DNA of 64,000 nucleotides from Eledone cirrhosa (taxonomy: Eukaryota), in assembly GCA_964016885.1 (NCBI GenBank), contig OZ024741.1, forward strand, positions 272,614,001-272,678,000, in the 5' to 3' direction. Each line of letters opens with the position of its first letter. Positions within the stretch are counted from its first letter, which is position 1. The notes beneath the pieces were generated by a model. The model made no database searches and was not told the DNA's origin. It was given only the letters and a program-made list of their open reading frames with translations. The position numbers were made by a program, and so were the translations under genes. Shown here in pieces: positions 43,504 to 56,483 of this stretch.

Positions 43504-43537
<34 letters not shown>

Positions 43538-43621
43538 AATATATATAGATACATATATATATATTTACTAAAATAACAGATTAAAGTTTAAGAAAATAGT
43601 CTTCAAATTTATTATTATTAC

Positions 43622-43744
<123 letters not shown>

Positions 43745-43870
43745 AATATATATATAAATATATATATATATAAATATATATATGAATATATATATGTATA
43801 TATTTATAAATATATATATAAATATATGTATATATTTGTAAATATATATAAATATATATATAAATATATG

Positions 43871-46099
43871 CAATATTAAATAAATGGAAACTATATTTAT
43901 AAAACCATATTTATTTCATTATATATATTTCGGGGATATCATATTAACAATATGCTATGCCTTCCTCAGACAAAATACAATATAAACAGTTTTATAGATA
44001 AATAGATTCGACATACCGTTATAACACCGACTTCCATTTGGAGAGGTTTACGCTGGCAGTGAAAAAAGTTTTACACAGAGAGAAAGAAAGAGTGAAAAAG
44101 AAAGAAAGACAGAAAACGAAGAAAAGGAAGAAAAAGAAGAAATGCATGGAACAAAATAGAGAGAGGGAAAGATAGATAAAGCGAAGAACTTCATGTAAAG
44201 AAACAGAAAGAGATATATATATATAGAGAGAGGAAATAGAGATAGATACATATATATATAGAAAATTAGGTAGTGGGAGGTCATTTTGAGTAAATGTATC
44301 AATGATATATTTATTTATTTATTTATTTATTTAGCTCAAGTATTAATGTAAGGGAGATATATATATAGAGAAAAAAATATAGAGAGAGGAAAAAATAGCG
44401 AGAGAGAAAAATTTAAAAATAGCCAGATATATTCGAGGCGTAAAAACCCTATGTTTTAATGTATTAGTATTTATAAAACTTAGACTATAATGTAAATATC
44501 AGTATTCCTGAATGAGACAAGTACCCAAAGTGTGTGAAAATTAATTATCTTATGTTTAGTTTTAAAAAATTCATATGTTTATGTGACAGCTACAACCATC
44601 AATGCGAATCCATATGATTCACCCTGCAAACTCTAAGTTCACGGAAAACATTCTCAATGTGGTATAAAAATTTGAGCATACATATATGTGTATTAATTAT
44701 TATTCCTGTCTTTACTCTACAAGATTATCTATCAAGCAGAAATAGAGAGCAGATTTCAATATACTAATAAAAATATATATCAGAAACAAAACTAAAAAAA
44801 TAAAAAAGATAACAATAATAATAATAAGTAAAAATAAGTAATAATAAAATAGAAAACTAAAAAAATATTACGAAAGAATATTACATAATAAAAATATTAC
44901 ATATTAAAAATATTACGTATTAAAAAATATTACGTATTAAAAATTTACATATTAAAGATATTAAAAATAAAAATAAAAAATAAAAAATATTATAAAATAC
45001 TACAATAATAAAAAAAAAAACTACAATAATAAAAAATAAAAAATAAATAAAAATAAAAATAAACCACAAAGATCAACCCTTCAAAATTAATTGACAATAT
45101 ATTGCCAAGTTCATTACAAGACAAAGCCAAAAAATTATCTATCAAATCACATCTAGCAAAGATCATTTCAAAAAGTTTATGGTGTCCAAATTGGTCTACA
45201 TATGTACTTATATTTAATATAGAAATTTATCTAGTGTAAGGTTTATTCAAAAAATTTGGAGCATCAGCGTTTAGGGTAGCTTAATTTTTCATGAGGAATG
45301 TTTAAATAAAAATAAAATAAAAATAAACAATAAAAAAAAGAATAAAGAAGGAATCAAAAATTTAGGAATCAAAAATTTATCGGCTAGTTTCCCATATAAA
45401 TATAAATCAAACTAAATATACTACATTTTAAATTTAAATTTATATTTAAACGTTGAGTTTAATCTATGTTTGCAACAACTGAATAAATTTGTCCGTAGGT
45501 TAAGGGAATTTTTAGATTTTAGTATAAAGAATATCTCCTCTGCGCAGAGGTCACATGTCTCAGAGGATGAATTAAAAGGAATCCCTCTTGAGACTAGAAT
45601 CCCTCCAAGCCGTCGAATATCTAACGTTATCTAGCTTAAGTTGCCAGAGTACGCCTGATAGTGCCGTTGAAGATTTTTTACTTGGATCTGTGAAAGAATT
45701 CTTGTGGTTATTATAGCGAAGTTTAAATTCCGTCGATGTGGAACCGACGTAGTTAAAAGAATTAGAGTCAGTATTAACATTACAATTGTATACTATACTT
45801 TCTCTCTGTAAACATTTTTTCACTGCCAGCGTAAACCTCTCTAAATGGAAGTCGGTGTTATAACGGTATGTCGAATCTATTTATCTATAAAACTGTTTAT
45901 ATTGTATTTTGTCTGAGGAAGGCATAGCATATTGTTAATATGATATCCCCGAAATATATATAATGAAATAAATATGGTTTTATAAATATAGTTTCCATTT
46001 ATTTAATATTGTAAATATACTCCAAATATTTGTCGAGTGCTTTTATATCAGTTATAAATATTTACTAGTTGTAACCCAACAATTTTAAATATAACTTTC
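43871..46099. mobile_element. Second copy of the 35-38 kb Hydra-type PLE: long minus arm with GIY-YIG fragment, short plus arm with tail
   Basis: GIY-YIG about 45420-45797 (-); HHRs at 43914-43975 (-) and 45907-45968 (+); inversion near 45798. Confidence 0.87.
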
Positions 46100-46153
46100 C
46101 ATATATAAATATATGTATATATTTGTAAATATATATAAATATATATATATATT

Positions 46154-46186
<33 letters not shown>

Positions 46187-46215
46187 GAAATCGGTGGTCG
46201 AACCAAATATATATT

Positions 46216-46248
<33 letters not shown>

Positions 46249-46576
46249 GAAATCGGTGGTCGAACCAAATATATATATAAATATATTGTTATACTTTGGG
46301 AGGGTCATATTTGTGTAATAATATTGCCAGAATTAATAACAGAACACACTCACTGTTTGGTTGGTTTTCGCTTCTGTGTGTTTTATATCGGTTAATTTAA
46401 TTTATTCGGTCCTCAATGTTACCGTTGATAACAATGATAACATTGAGGACCGAATAAATTAAATTAACCAATATAAAAGACACAGAAGCGAAAACCAACC
46501 AAACAGTGAGTGTGTTCTGTTATTAATTCTGGCAATATCATTACACAAATGTGACCCTCCCGAAATATAACAATAT
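46187..46576. mobile_element. Inverted pair of pseudo-LTR fragments related to the 3' end of the 28.8-31.8 kb PLE, with duplicated tail piece
   Basis: 46440-46576 homologous to 31650-31790; 46286-46420 is its reverse complement; GAAATCGGTGGTCGAACCAAAT occurs twice. Confidence 0.78.
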
Positions 46577-46656
46577 ATTTATATATACATATTTATATAT
46601 ATATATATTTATATATATATTTATATATATTTATATTTATATATATATTTATATTA

Positions 46657-46688
<32 letters not shown>

Positions 46689-46699
46689 TTATATTAATA

Positions 46700-46730
<31 letters not shown>

Positions 46731-46896
46731 TTATATATATTTATATATATATATATTTATATATATATTTATATATATATTTATATATATGGGAAATGAA
46801 ATTTCGTTTCATTTTTTCTGTTTATTTATATATATATATATTTATATATATATATATTTATATATATATTTATATATATATTTATATATATATATT

Positions 46897-46949
<53 letters not shown>

Positions 46950-47195
46950 TTATATATATATATATTTATATATTTATATATATATATATTTATATATATA
47001 TTCATATATATATATATTTATATATATATATATATTTATATATATTTATATATTGATATATTTATATATATATATATAAACGTTTGTATATGTATAATAA
47101 AGCCAAAACAATGCAGGTATGGACATAGAATAAAGAATGCTAATGCAAAAGATATTGTTGACAATTAATCTTTTACCTTAGATTTATTTAAATGT

Positions 47196-47230
47196 CCTTA
47201 ATTTTCGAGATAATATCTCTTCTTCAGAGG
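47196..47230 (-). ncRNA. Minimal hammerhead motif within a 47080-47300 island
   Basis: Minus strand: CCT-CTGAAGA-a-GAGATA t TATCTC-GAAA-AT-TA-AGG. Confidence 0.6.
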
Positions 47231-47556
47231 GAAATAAAGGTCTCAAACCAGTGTTCTAAATAGCTTGCCAAGTCATGCTGACAGGAAATGGTATAGAGAT
47301 ACTCTATATATTTATGCATATATATATTTATATATATATATGTATATTTATGCATATATATATTTATATATATATGTATATTTTTATATATATATATGTA
47401 TATTTATATATATATGTATATTTATATATATATGTATATTTATATATATGTATATTTATGTATATATATATATATGTATATGTATATTTATATATATGTA
47501 TATTTATATATATATATGTATATTTATATATATATATATATATGTATATTTATATA

Positions 47557-47729
47557 TTTCATTTCTGAATTTGTTTAGGAAGATTCTTTATCTGAAAACG
47601 TGTGTTGAAACTGATATTGTTATACTTTGGGCGGGTCATCTTGCCAATAAGAAACACACGTACCAGTTGCTTTCACAGCAACTGGTGCATGTGTTTCTTA
47701 TTGGCAACCTGACCTTCCCAAAGTATAAC
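47557..47729. mobile_element. Inverted pair of pseudo-LTR fragments (MTLPKYNN family), diverged
   Basis: Hairpin centred near 47674; tail homologous to 21551-21608. Confidence 0.72.
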
Positions 47730-48094
47730 TATATATATATATATGTATATTTATATATATATGTTTGTTTATATATATATGTATATTTATATATATATGT
47801 ATATTTATATGTATATGTATTTTTATATACATGTATATGTATTTTTATGTATATGTATAATTATGTATATGTATATTTATGTATATGTATATTTATGTAT
47901 ATGTATATTTATATATATGTATATATATGTATATATATAGGTATTTATATATATATGTATATGTGTATTTATATATATATATGTATATATATAGGTATTT
48001 ATATATATGTATATGTGTATTTATATATATATGTATATGTATATCTATATGTATATGTATATGTATATGTATATTTATATATATGTATGTACAC

Positions 48095-48176
<82 letters not shown>

Positions 48177-48182
48177 ACACAC

Positions 48183-48237
<55 letters not shown>

Positions 48238-48774
48238 TACTATATACTATATGTGTGTGTAGTTATAATATAGAAAATTTTCTTCATGAAGTATTTAGCC
48301 CCCAAAAAAATAATAATACAATAACAGAACAAAACAAAACAAAAAAATGTGAGTTGAAATTTGTTTTATTTTTAATCTTACAAAAAAAAAAACAACAAAA
48401 AAACAAAGACAAAGAAAATGTGTTGCTGAATGTTGGTTTTTTTTTCCATATTTATTTAGAATATTTCTCTCAATAATTAACAACTTGCTCATAATAAACC
48501 TCATTATTGTTGATATATCTGCTCTGATGAGCAATTTTATGTTTTTATTTAGTTTATTTAAAATTTATTTATTCATTTTCTTTTTTTTTTGTATTTTTTA
48601 AAAAAAATATTCGAATTGACAAGATCCCAGACATCATTCTCTTACCAAGTGAGGGGAGGTAGAACTCGTCAGATCAAACCAAGGAAACAATGTTTTCATT
48701 GATCTTACCAATTGCTGATAATATCTGTTGGTCTCAACTTCTGGCAGAAAGAGCAACATATACATATATATATA

Positions 48775-49292
48775 TGTGAGTGAATTTCATATATCTAAAG
48801 ATATACGGTATGTTTAATAAATAAATATTTTGAAAGCCCAGCTATGAATATTGAAAGGCTGATGGCCAGCAGTCTAGTGGATTCCAGCAGAAGCAGCGAG
48901 GACTAACTGCCTATATGTATTTCGAGTTGATACTCTCAACAGGACAGTGCTTATCTGCTGCTTTCTGCTGGAATTTGAAAACAGGCCAGAATGTATTGTA
49001 TTATCGCTTGTGTAGGTGGGTTGATTAGACTCATTTGCATATGAAGTTGTATAAGCTGGCTCAACTTAAAACTCGAATTCAAATTTAGCTTCAACATAGC
49101 TGTATACATACATGTATGTGAATTTCGTATATCAGTTGTCTCTTGCTGCTTCTGCTGGAATCCAGTAGATGGTGCCTTTCAATATTCATAGCTGGGCTTT
49201 CAAAATGTTTATTTATTAAACATACCGTACATCTTTAGATATACGAAATTCACATACATGTATGTATACAGCTATGTTGAAGCTAAATTTTA
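48775..49292. mobile_element. MITE/fold-back element with long imperfect inverted repeats
   Basis: 48780-48905 inverted vs 49135-49252; 49081-49132 inverted vs 49238-49290. Confidence 0.6.
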
Positions 49293-49659
49293 ATATATAT
49301 ATATGTATATCAATCAGTCGACAAGATCCCAGGCAACATTTGCTTACCAAATGTGTTGAGTTGAGATGGAACTTGTGAAATTGGACCAAGGAAACAATGT
49401 TTTCATTGATCTTTCTATTGCTTATACTATCTACTGATTGCAACACTTGGCAGAATTTTAATGATAGACATTGCTTATCATTTTCTATCAGTTTCAAAAT
49501 AATCAAGAATTTGGAGGGATTTAGTGATGCAATATAACTTTCTCATTATTAATCTGGTGTTTGGAACATAACTTAAAAATTCTTACATAAAATTATCAAA
49601 TAAAATATAGAGTTACTAACTCATATTGATACCCTGCAATTAACAAGCTCAAAGTATAA

Positions 49660-49815
49660 ATACTGAGCATTATATTAGAGTTACGGCCCTTTATGGTCTG
49701 AGTTCAAATCCCGCCGAGGTTAACTTTGCCTTTCATCCTTATGGGGTCGATAAAATAAAGTACCAGTAATACACTGGGATAATTGCTGGCCTTGTGCCTA
49801 AAGTAGAAACAATTA
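49660..49815 (+). mobile_element. tRNA-derived SINE with Deu/Nin-like central domain
   Basis: B box GAGTTCAAATCCC followed by CTTTGCCTTTCATCCTTATGGGGTCGATAAAATAAAGTACCAG. Confidence 0.7.
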
Positions 49816-49958
49816 TATAATAATATATGTAGAAATAAACACAGTAAATTGTGTGTCTAAAATTACGAGGGTAGAAGTACCACATTGGTTTGATAAATTT
49901 AACCTGAAGCAAACGGAAGATATAGAATATATATACAGACCGTCTCAATAACTATTTC

Positions 49959-50047
49959 ATCTCTCGGACAGATTAGAGATTTAATCTGTTTCGCCCTGAA
50001 AATTGTGTTTGTAATAGATAATCCATAGGCTATCCTCAGCGAGAGAC
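49959..50047 (-). ncRNA. Full-length type I hammerhead ribozyme
   Basis: Minus strand: GTCTCTCG-CTGAGGA-taGCCT...GGGC-GAAA-CAGATTA aatctc TAATCTG-TC-CGAGAGAT. Confidence 0.85.
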
Positions 50048-50406
50048 AAGATTAAATGGAACAAGCACATACAACTAAAAGCCATACGAATGAATATTTC
50101 ACAATTATCTTAAGTTTTTAGATAAATATAAATTCTTTAAAATAAACACCACCTTATCATTGGACTTAGGGTAGTTTCAGAGAGTTTGATATAAAAAGGT
50201 TAATGTTAAATTGTTCTTGGATGGTTTAACACTACCACTTGGCCCTTATGTGCCTTTGTTGGAGTCCCCTTTGGTGCAAATATTTAGAGTAGGGGGTCTC
50301 TATTTTGAATGACCCTTCTCCTTTTCTCTCTCCCAGAACTCTTGGAATGCGTCATAGACACTGCCTTTCCACCTGACTAAGTGATAAACAAAAAATATAC
50401 CTTATT

Positions 50407-50690
50407 ATGTCTCACTTCTCAAACCCTACCAATCCTTCCTTCACAGAATTACACCCTCCCCCACTGGAACCCCTTAATTCTTTAAAATGTAAAGACAAGT
50501 GATTTTTATCATTCAAAATCTTTACAATATGTTTTTTCATGAGAAAATGTCTCACTTCTCAAACCCTACAAATCTTTCTGTCCCAGAATTGCATCCCCTC
50601 CCACTGGAACTCTCTAATACATAAAATATAAAGATAAGTTATTTTTAACCTTCAAAATCTTTACAATATGTTCTTTCATCAGAAACTTTT
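50407..50690. repeat. Tandem duplication, period about 140 bp
   Basis: ATGTCTCACTTCTCAAACCCTAC at 50407 and 50547. Confidence 0.75.
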
Positions 50691-50814
50691 CAAATGAAAA
50701 TCTCAAAAGTTTGAAATGTTTTTCAAATAAAGCAACTTTTTTCATTGTAAAAGATTTCCTGAAATTGCATTTGCAATTATCATTACAATTGAACATATTT
50801 CAAAAATTCATATT

Positions 50815-51030
50815 TTGGTAGTGCTGGTGCCTTGATCAAATGCACTCAGTACACTATGTATATTGGTTGGCATAATGAAAGACATCCAGCTGTAGAGTTC
50901 ATGCCAAACAAAATACACCAGTACACCCTGTAATATGATTGGTGTTAGGAAGGTCACCCAGCTGTAGAATTCATGCCAAACAAAGAGCCAAGAGGACATG
51001 ATGCCCTCCTTAGTGCTGGTGCTACTAAAC
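50815..51030 (+). mobile_element. Old SINE / RTE 3' UTR-derived repeat
   Basis: Diverged TTGGTGTTAGGAAGG..CCAGCTGTAGAA blocks shared with RTE 3' UTRs. Confidence 0.6.
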
Positions 51031-51428
51031 TAAAACCATGTAAGTGAATTTCGGAAGATGGAAACTGAAAAGAAGCCTTTGAGTGGGATTATATCTATTT
51101 AAGTGTTTTGTTGACCTAACTACCTTAGCTATGGTTGCCTGTAGCAGAGTCCATTATATTACAAACACTGAAGCCAGGCCATTGGACTAAGAATATAACA
51201 TTTGGAGGTCATATCTCACCAGGGTTATGTTTGACTTTTTATCCTTCCAAGAGTTATTAAAATAAATATGAAGTTGGGGTGATGTGGGGTTGTGGTGATG
51301 GACTCAACTGTATCCTTTCTTCTCTTTAAACATATGTATATATATCATCATCATCATTGTTGGTTTAACATCCGCTTTCCCAGCAAGGATTGGGAAGGTC
51401 TATATAGACCAATGTTACACATATACAT

Positions 51429-51476
<48 letters not shown>

Positions 51477-51494
51477 TGAGATATCACAGCTCTG

Positions 51495-51754
51495 ATGTTA
51501 TAGGCATGTGGTTAGAATGTCTCAGTAAAGAATTGCTGGACAGATTTTACAGGCAAAACCAACTGACAAGAGACCCAGTGGTAGACACTGAGCAAGATAG
51601 TTGGATAACATCCATGAATGAGCTTGCCTGGTCACGCTCGGGAATCCAGCTGGATCAGTTGGAGACGGTTGCTTCTGACAGGACCTGCTGGAATGAGTGT
51701 TTGAGGACTCTGCCCCAACGACCCTCTCAGGAATAAGTAGATGAAGAAGAAGAT
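51495..51754 (+). mobile_element. Rex3/Expander-like RTE 3' remnant
   Basis: ELAWSRSGI...VASDRTCWNECLRTLPQRP C-terminus; short GAA tail. Confidence 0.55.
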
Positions 51755-52483
51755 ATATGAATATAAATATTGTATATTCAATAATATACAAGATGTTTAT
51801 GAAAAACATTTGGAAGGCCTTTTGCTATGAATTTTAAGTTTGTGATGAACGTCACATACCTTGCTTCAGCAAAGGCAGGGGGGAAGTAAAAGTAATCGAT
51901 GATGGCACCATTTCTGACTTATAAGTGGTTATCAAGACTACATATCTCACCACTTTTGCTAATCTAAGCTAGATTCTCAGAATTCTGCTTATGTTTATGA
52001 GCTGATGAAACTCATTTACATACTGAGCAGCAGCTGGCCTGGCATAAATTAAAATTTGTATTGGTGTTCTGAAATAGCGATGTACATATTGTATATTTAA
52101 TAATATGTGGGATATATATATATGTCTTAGTCAACTATGAAAAGGAACAAAACCTATGGTTGTGTATATGACAACCTCCCTTGTGCTGAAATGGAGAAGA
52201 TAGAAAAAAGATCCTGAACTATAGAAAGTATAAATACAAACCCTTAAGACTTCTTTAAACTTTCTAAAGCATCTGCTTTCCTACAAGAAAGGGCCACTAT
52301 TCTAAAAAGATGTATCACTGATTGCTGACTGCCAAAGGATAAGTGAAATACTGAACGAATACAAAAGTATTTTCACATCCCTGGTGGGACACATGTAAAT
52401 AAATAAACCAGATGAGTTCTTTGACATAACAGCCCTACATACAGAAATGGTAACCATCAATTATCATGTCATGTTCCCACACC

Positions 52484-52580
52484 TAGTGCAGCCTGTCATT
52501 GGAGTGCCACTCTAGATGTTCCACTGGTGCAGCCTGTCATTGGAGTGCCACTCTAGATGTTCCACTGGTGCAGCCTGTCA
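52484..52580. repeat. Tandem repeat of about 41 bp, 2.4-3 copies
   Basis: GTGCAGCCTGTCATTGGAGTGCCACTCTAGATG occurs three times. Confidence 0.8.
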
Positions 52581-52599
52581 TTGGGGTGCCACTCTAGAT

Positions 52600-52770
52600 G
52601 CTTTTGCACTCAGTTGTTGCCATTGGTTTCTATTCTCCATCATGCATAGAAGGATCGCAGTGTTGTGACCAGTCCAGTTTTTGATGTTGTATCAGGATTT
52701 TCTTTGTCTTCCTCTTCTTTGCCCTCCCTTGACTGTGCCCTGAAGGATGGTTTTGGACAAGGTGTGTTCA
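52600..52770 (-). mobile_element. RTE/BovB-like 3' remnant
   Basis: Minus frame TLSKTILQGTVKGGQRRGRQRKS...IKNWTG. Confidence 0.6.
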
Positions 52771-52921
52771 GGTAGAGAAAATACCTTGATATCTGGCAGC
52801 AGCATCCTTAGGGATAGACTGGTACTCTGGTTCTCACTTGACTCACACTTTTGGCTCTGAAAACCTTTTCAGCCACACCCTGGAAACTGCTTCTGCTGGC
52901 AGGCTAGACTTAGTGAGGGAC

Positions 52922-53173
52922 TTAAAGTTGAAATTTCAGTTGAAAGGCCATCATTTTGGGACAGTGGAAAACATACAAAAAATTGTAACCAATGAGCAAA
53001 GGACACTCAATGAAAATGCCTTCTGGTACTGCTAGGATCAACGGAAAAAACGTTGCAACCACTGTGTAACTTCCTAAGGAGCGTATTTTGAATGGAATAA
53101 CTTGTCATTTAATGTATGTCTAATATACATTGAAATAAAACATCGGGACCCTTACTTTTGGGACAAATTTTGA
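52922..53173 (+). mobile_element. Mariner transposase C-terminal remnant with 3' TIR
   Basis: LKGHHFGTVENIQ...FWYC*..KKRCNHCV..GAYFE; TIR-like CCCTTACTTTTGGGACAAATTTTG. Confidence 0.7.
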
Positions 53174-53189
53174 ATATATATATATATAT

Positions 53190-53400
53190 ACAAATAGTAG
53201 AGAGGAAATAGATTTTTTCAGTAGAAAATGGTGAAGAGATTCTTTCAGTATGATATCAAAACATTTATTTATAAAATGGATATTTCCGCATTTATTAAAT
53301 GTGGAAATGTCCACTTTAAAAATAAATGTTTTGATATTATACTGAAAGAATCTCTTCAGGATTTTCTACTGAAAAAATCTTTTTCCTCTCTACTATTTGT
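53190..53400. repeat. Spacer-less imperfect palindrome with arms of about 105 bp
   Basis: Centre ATTTA T TAAAT near 53295; ends CAAATAGTAGAGAGGAAA / TTTCCTCTCTACTATTTG. Confidence 0.85.
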
Positions 53401-53479
53401 TTTTATATATATCAACTCGTGTGTTACTTTTCTACATTCCATATATATATATTTTGATTAATAAAAGGCCTCGGGCGCA

Positions 53480-53551
53480 CCCGAACTACACCGATGTCCT
53501 GTAATTCAGCACCGAAACATCGGTTCGGGATACATTTACAGCTGATGATGG
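53480..53551 (+). ncRNA. Candidate non-circularly permuted (pseudoknotted) hammerhead ribozyme
   Basis: ACCGATG-TC-CTGTAA...CC-GAAA-CATCGGT...TTACAG-CTGATGA-tGG. Confidence 0.62.
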
Positions 53552-53803
53552 AAACTCCTTTCTTCCTTTCTCCTCCTGTTCCGTCCTAACCACCATCCTA
53601 AACCTTGTTTTTAGTAACCACACAGCTCCTTTCGTTTCATAACTTTTTGTATATATATATATATATATTTATTATTTATTTATGTTCATACATGGAACAA
53701 AAGCTCTGCCTAAGATTTCAAGGCCCAATATTGACCATATCTCCATGATGTAAGAGGGATCAAACTTGTGACCTAGTCTTCAGGTGCTTATACAAGTTTA
53801 TAT

Positions 53804-53834
<31 letters not shown>

Positions 53835-53838
<4 letters not shown>

Positions 53839-53992
53839 GTTGGTGTTAGGAAGGGCATCCAGCTGTAGAAATCAAGCCAGAATCAGTTCCCGTATGAGCA
53901 AGACAAGGTCAGCCGACCGGACACTGCCCACAACAGGGCAACCCATCTAACCCATGCTAGCGTGGAAGAATGGACGTAAAACGATGATGATA
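53835..53992 (+). mobile_element. RTE subfamily B extreme 3' end
   Basis: Matches 62709-62870; short (GAT)n tail. Confidence 0.8.
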
Positions 53993-53996
53993 TATA

Positions 53997-54197
53997 CAGG
54001 GTGTATTAAAATGGCTATATTTCAAAAGGCTATATTTTTTAAACAACTTACCATATAATTATGTGGTAGCTTGTACAACAATAAAATGTCTGAATATAAA
54101 GTTTTATTACTTGTATACATTTTTATAAAGTTATTTACATATTAAACATTTGTAAAAATTGTAAATAAAATCTGATGATTCTTTTTAATACGCCCTG
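53997..54197. mobile_element. Tc1/mariner-type MITE
   Basis: TIRs CAGGGTGTATTAAAA / TTTTAATACGCCCTG flanked by TA on both sides. Confidence 0.8.
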
Positions 54198-54329
54198 TAT
54201 TATATATTGGACCTTGAAACCTTAGGTAGCACTTTTTGTTCTATGTATAAACATAGATAAAATAATATATCATCACATCTCATACTAGATTGAGCACTTT
54301 CCTTTTTCCTTTTCCTTTCATATGTGTAT

Positions 54330-54415
<86 letters not shown>

Positions 54416-54555
54416 TTAAAGGTTAAACAAGGTTCAATGAATAAATCAAAGAATGAGTTTTACAATAGATTGGAAGCACTCAATAGAAATGGTTTTCTGG
54501 AGTTATTAATATTAATTCAAAATATTAACAAAATAGATATTCTTGTGATCAAGTA

Positions 54556-54622
54556 TATTTTATTATACATATTTCAGAGGTACTGAGTTAACTTTAACAG
54601 TATGTCCTCATCAGATAAAATA
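54556..54622 (-). ncRNA. Type I hammerhead ribozyme (probable inverted pseudo-LTR upstream of the PLE RT)
   Basis: Minus strand: TATTTTAT-CTGATGA-GG..TACTG..CAGTA..CT-GAAA-TATGTA-TA-ATAAAATA. Confidence 0.75.
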
Positions 54623-54734
54623 AGATGATGCGTGACATACCCTGACATAGTAGATGGTTAAGATTCAGTCATGATAGTGAGTAATTTGGAATTGAAGGAA
54701 GAACCGAGCCTTTTATACCTAGACAGCCGAGGAT

Positions 54735-56483
54735 AAATTTTAAGGATCACAAAAGAAACTTTGAGGAAGACCTGCCTGTAAGACTGATTGCTCCATCTAA
54801 ATCGGATATTGGAGTAATCAGTAAGAATATTATTGATAGAATTCTACCTATTCTGAAATTGAGGTCTAAATTGAGCTTATGGAAGGACACTAATGAAGTG
54901 ATTGACTGGTTTAAAAATATCGATGATAAGAAAAACCACAAATTCATCCAAATGGACATAGCAAGCTATTACTCTTCCATTACACCTAACCTATTAAATA
55001 AGGCTTTATCCTACGCTTACAAGCATACAGATCTAACTACGGATGAAATCGATATCATATTAACTGCTAGAAGAACTCTAATTAATTTCAACAATGAGTA
55101 TTGGACCCGCTCAGATAGAAATAGAAACTTTGACATTACCATGGGATCATCGGACTCAGCGCAGGTCACGGATCTTCTGGGGATTTTCATCTTAAATATG
55201 GTAAATAGAAAACTGCCGGAGATTACCGGTGGTTTATATAGGGACGATATTTTATTTACGGTTGTCAAACACAACAATACAAAACTATAATTGAATTCTT
55301 TAAAAATTACGACCTTAAATTAGAGGTTGAAAGTGGTACCAAAATAGTTAATTTCCTTGATGTTACTCTTAACTTAAACTCAGGTTTTTATTACCCTTTC
55401 CATAAGCCCAATGAAAACTTAAATTACGTTAGCTATTACTCTAATCACCCTAAATCTGTGAAAAATGCAATTGCCAATAGTGTACAGAAACGCATAACTA
55501 GAATATCTGCTAATAAATCCATATTTGATGAAAAGGCAGGATATTACAAAAATGATGCGCCAAGAAAGGCAGGTTATAAAAATAATATAGAATATATAGA
55601 CAATAATAATTTGAATTATAATCCTGATAAAAATAATAATATGACTGACATGTATAAACGAAATTCTAAAAATTATAATTCAAACACCAGTACTGTGAAT
55701 AAATCGGGGGAAAAACCAGAACTAAATCAGTTATATTTTTGCCCCCCCCCCCTCTGCTTCTGTAGCAATAAAAACACCACTCGCTAATCTATTCTTTAAA
55801 GCTTTAGATAATTCCTTCCCTATTCAACATAAATTACCGTTCTATATTTAATAGACACACAATTAAGCTTTCTTATTCTACAACTATGAATATGGCCCAA
55901 AACATCGCTAAATTAAATAGTAGAATTCTAAACCATAATCAGCATACATTTAACAATAATGAATATAATAACACTAACAATATTGATACTATGAATAACA
56001 TTAACAGCAATATAAGCACTATCAATAGAACATTTTGAAGTAATAATAGTGTTAATATAAATTATAATAATAATAAATCGAAATAAATCTGGATAGCAAT
56101 TTGGTATATAAATGCACCGTAAAAGCAAATAACATCACATACAACTATATAGGGGCAACTTCTTCGGCATTTAAATCGAGATTTGGGAATCATAAATGCT
56201 TTTTTTCGAACCCTAATAGGAATTCTTCGACTTCTTTATCACAACTTTCTGGTCATTAAAAGACAAAAATTTAAAATACTCGATTTTTTGGACGAAGCTA
56301 TGTAATAGTAGAATTTACTCGAATTCGTCAATATCACCTAACTGCAACCTCTGTACCATGGAGACCCTATTAATAATTATTAATTATGAAAACTTAACAA
56401 AAAAAAGGGAATTATTCTCAAACTGCCTTCATAAAGCTTTGTCTACATTCCAAGCCTCGCAAAAAGTCAGGAAAAAACACTAA
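54735..56483 (+). pseudogene. Hydra-type PLE RT + GIY-YIG, frameshifted
   Basis: KDHKRNF..RLIAPSKSDIG, MDIASYYSSI, FDITMGSSDSAQV, GLYRDD, NFLDVTL, SNHP; degenerate LVY..IGATS..R..NH..CNLC. Confidence 0.85.

Noticed and set aside
51995-52090. CTGATGA...GAAA possible hammerhead
   Set aside because: Stems I-III cannot be paired convincingly; at best a decayed copy.
48250-54420. Possible host gene exons in the more complex region
   Set aside because: Every interpretable segment is a transposon remnant; small exons cannot be excluded without transcript data.
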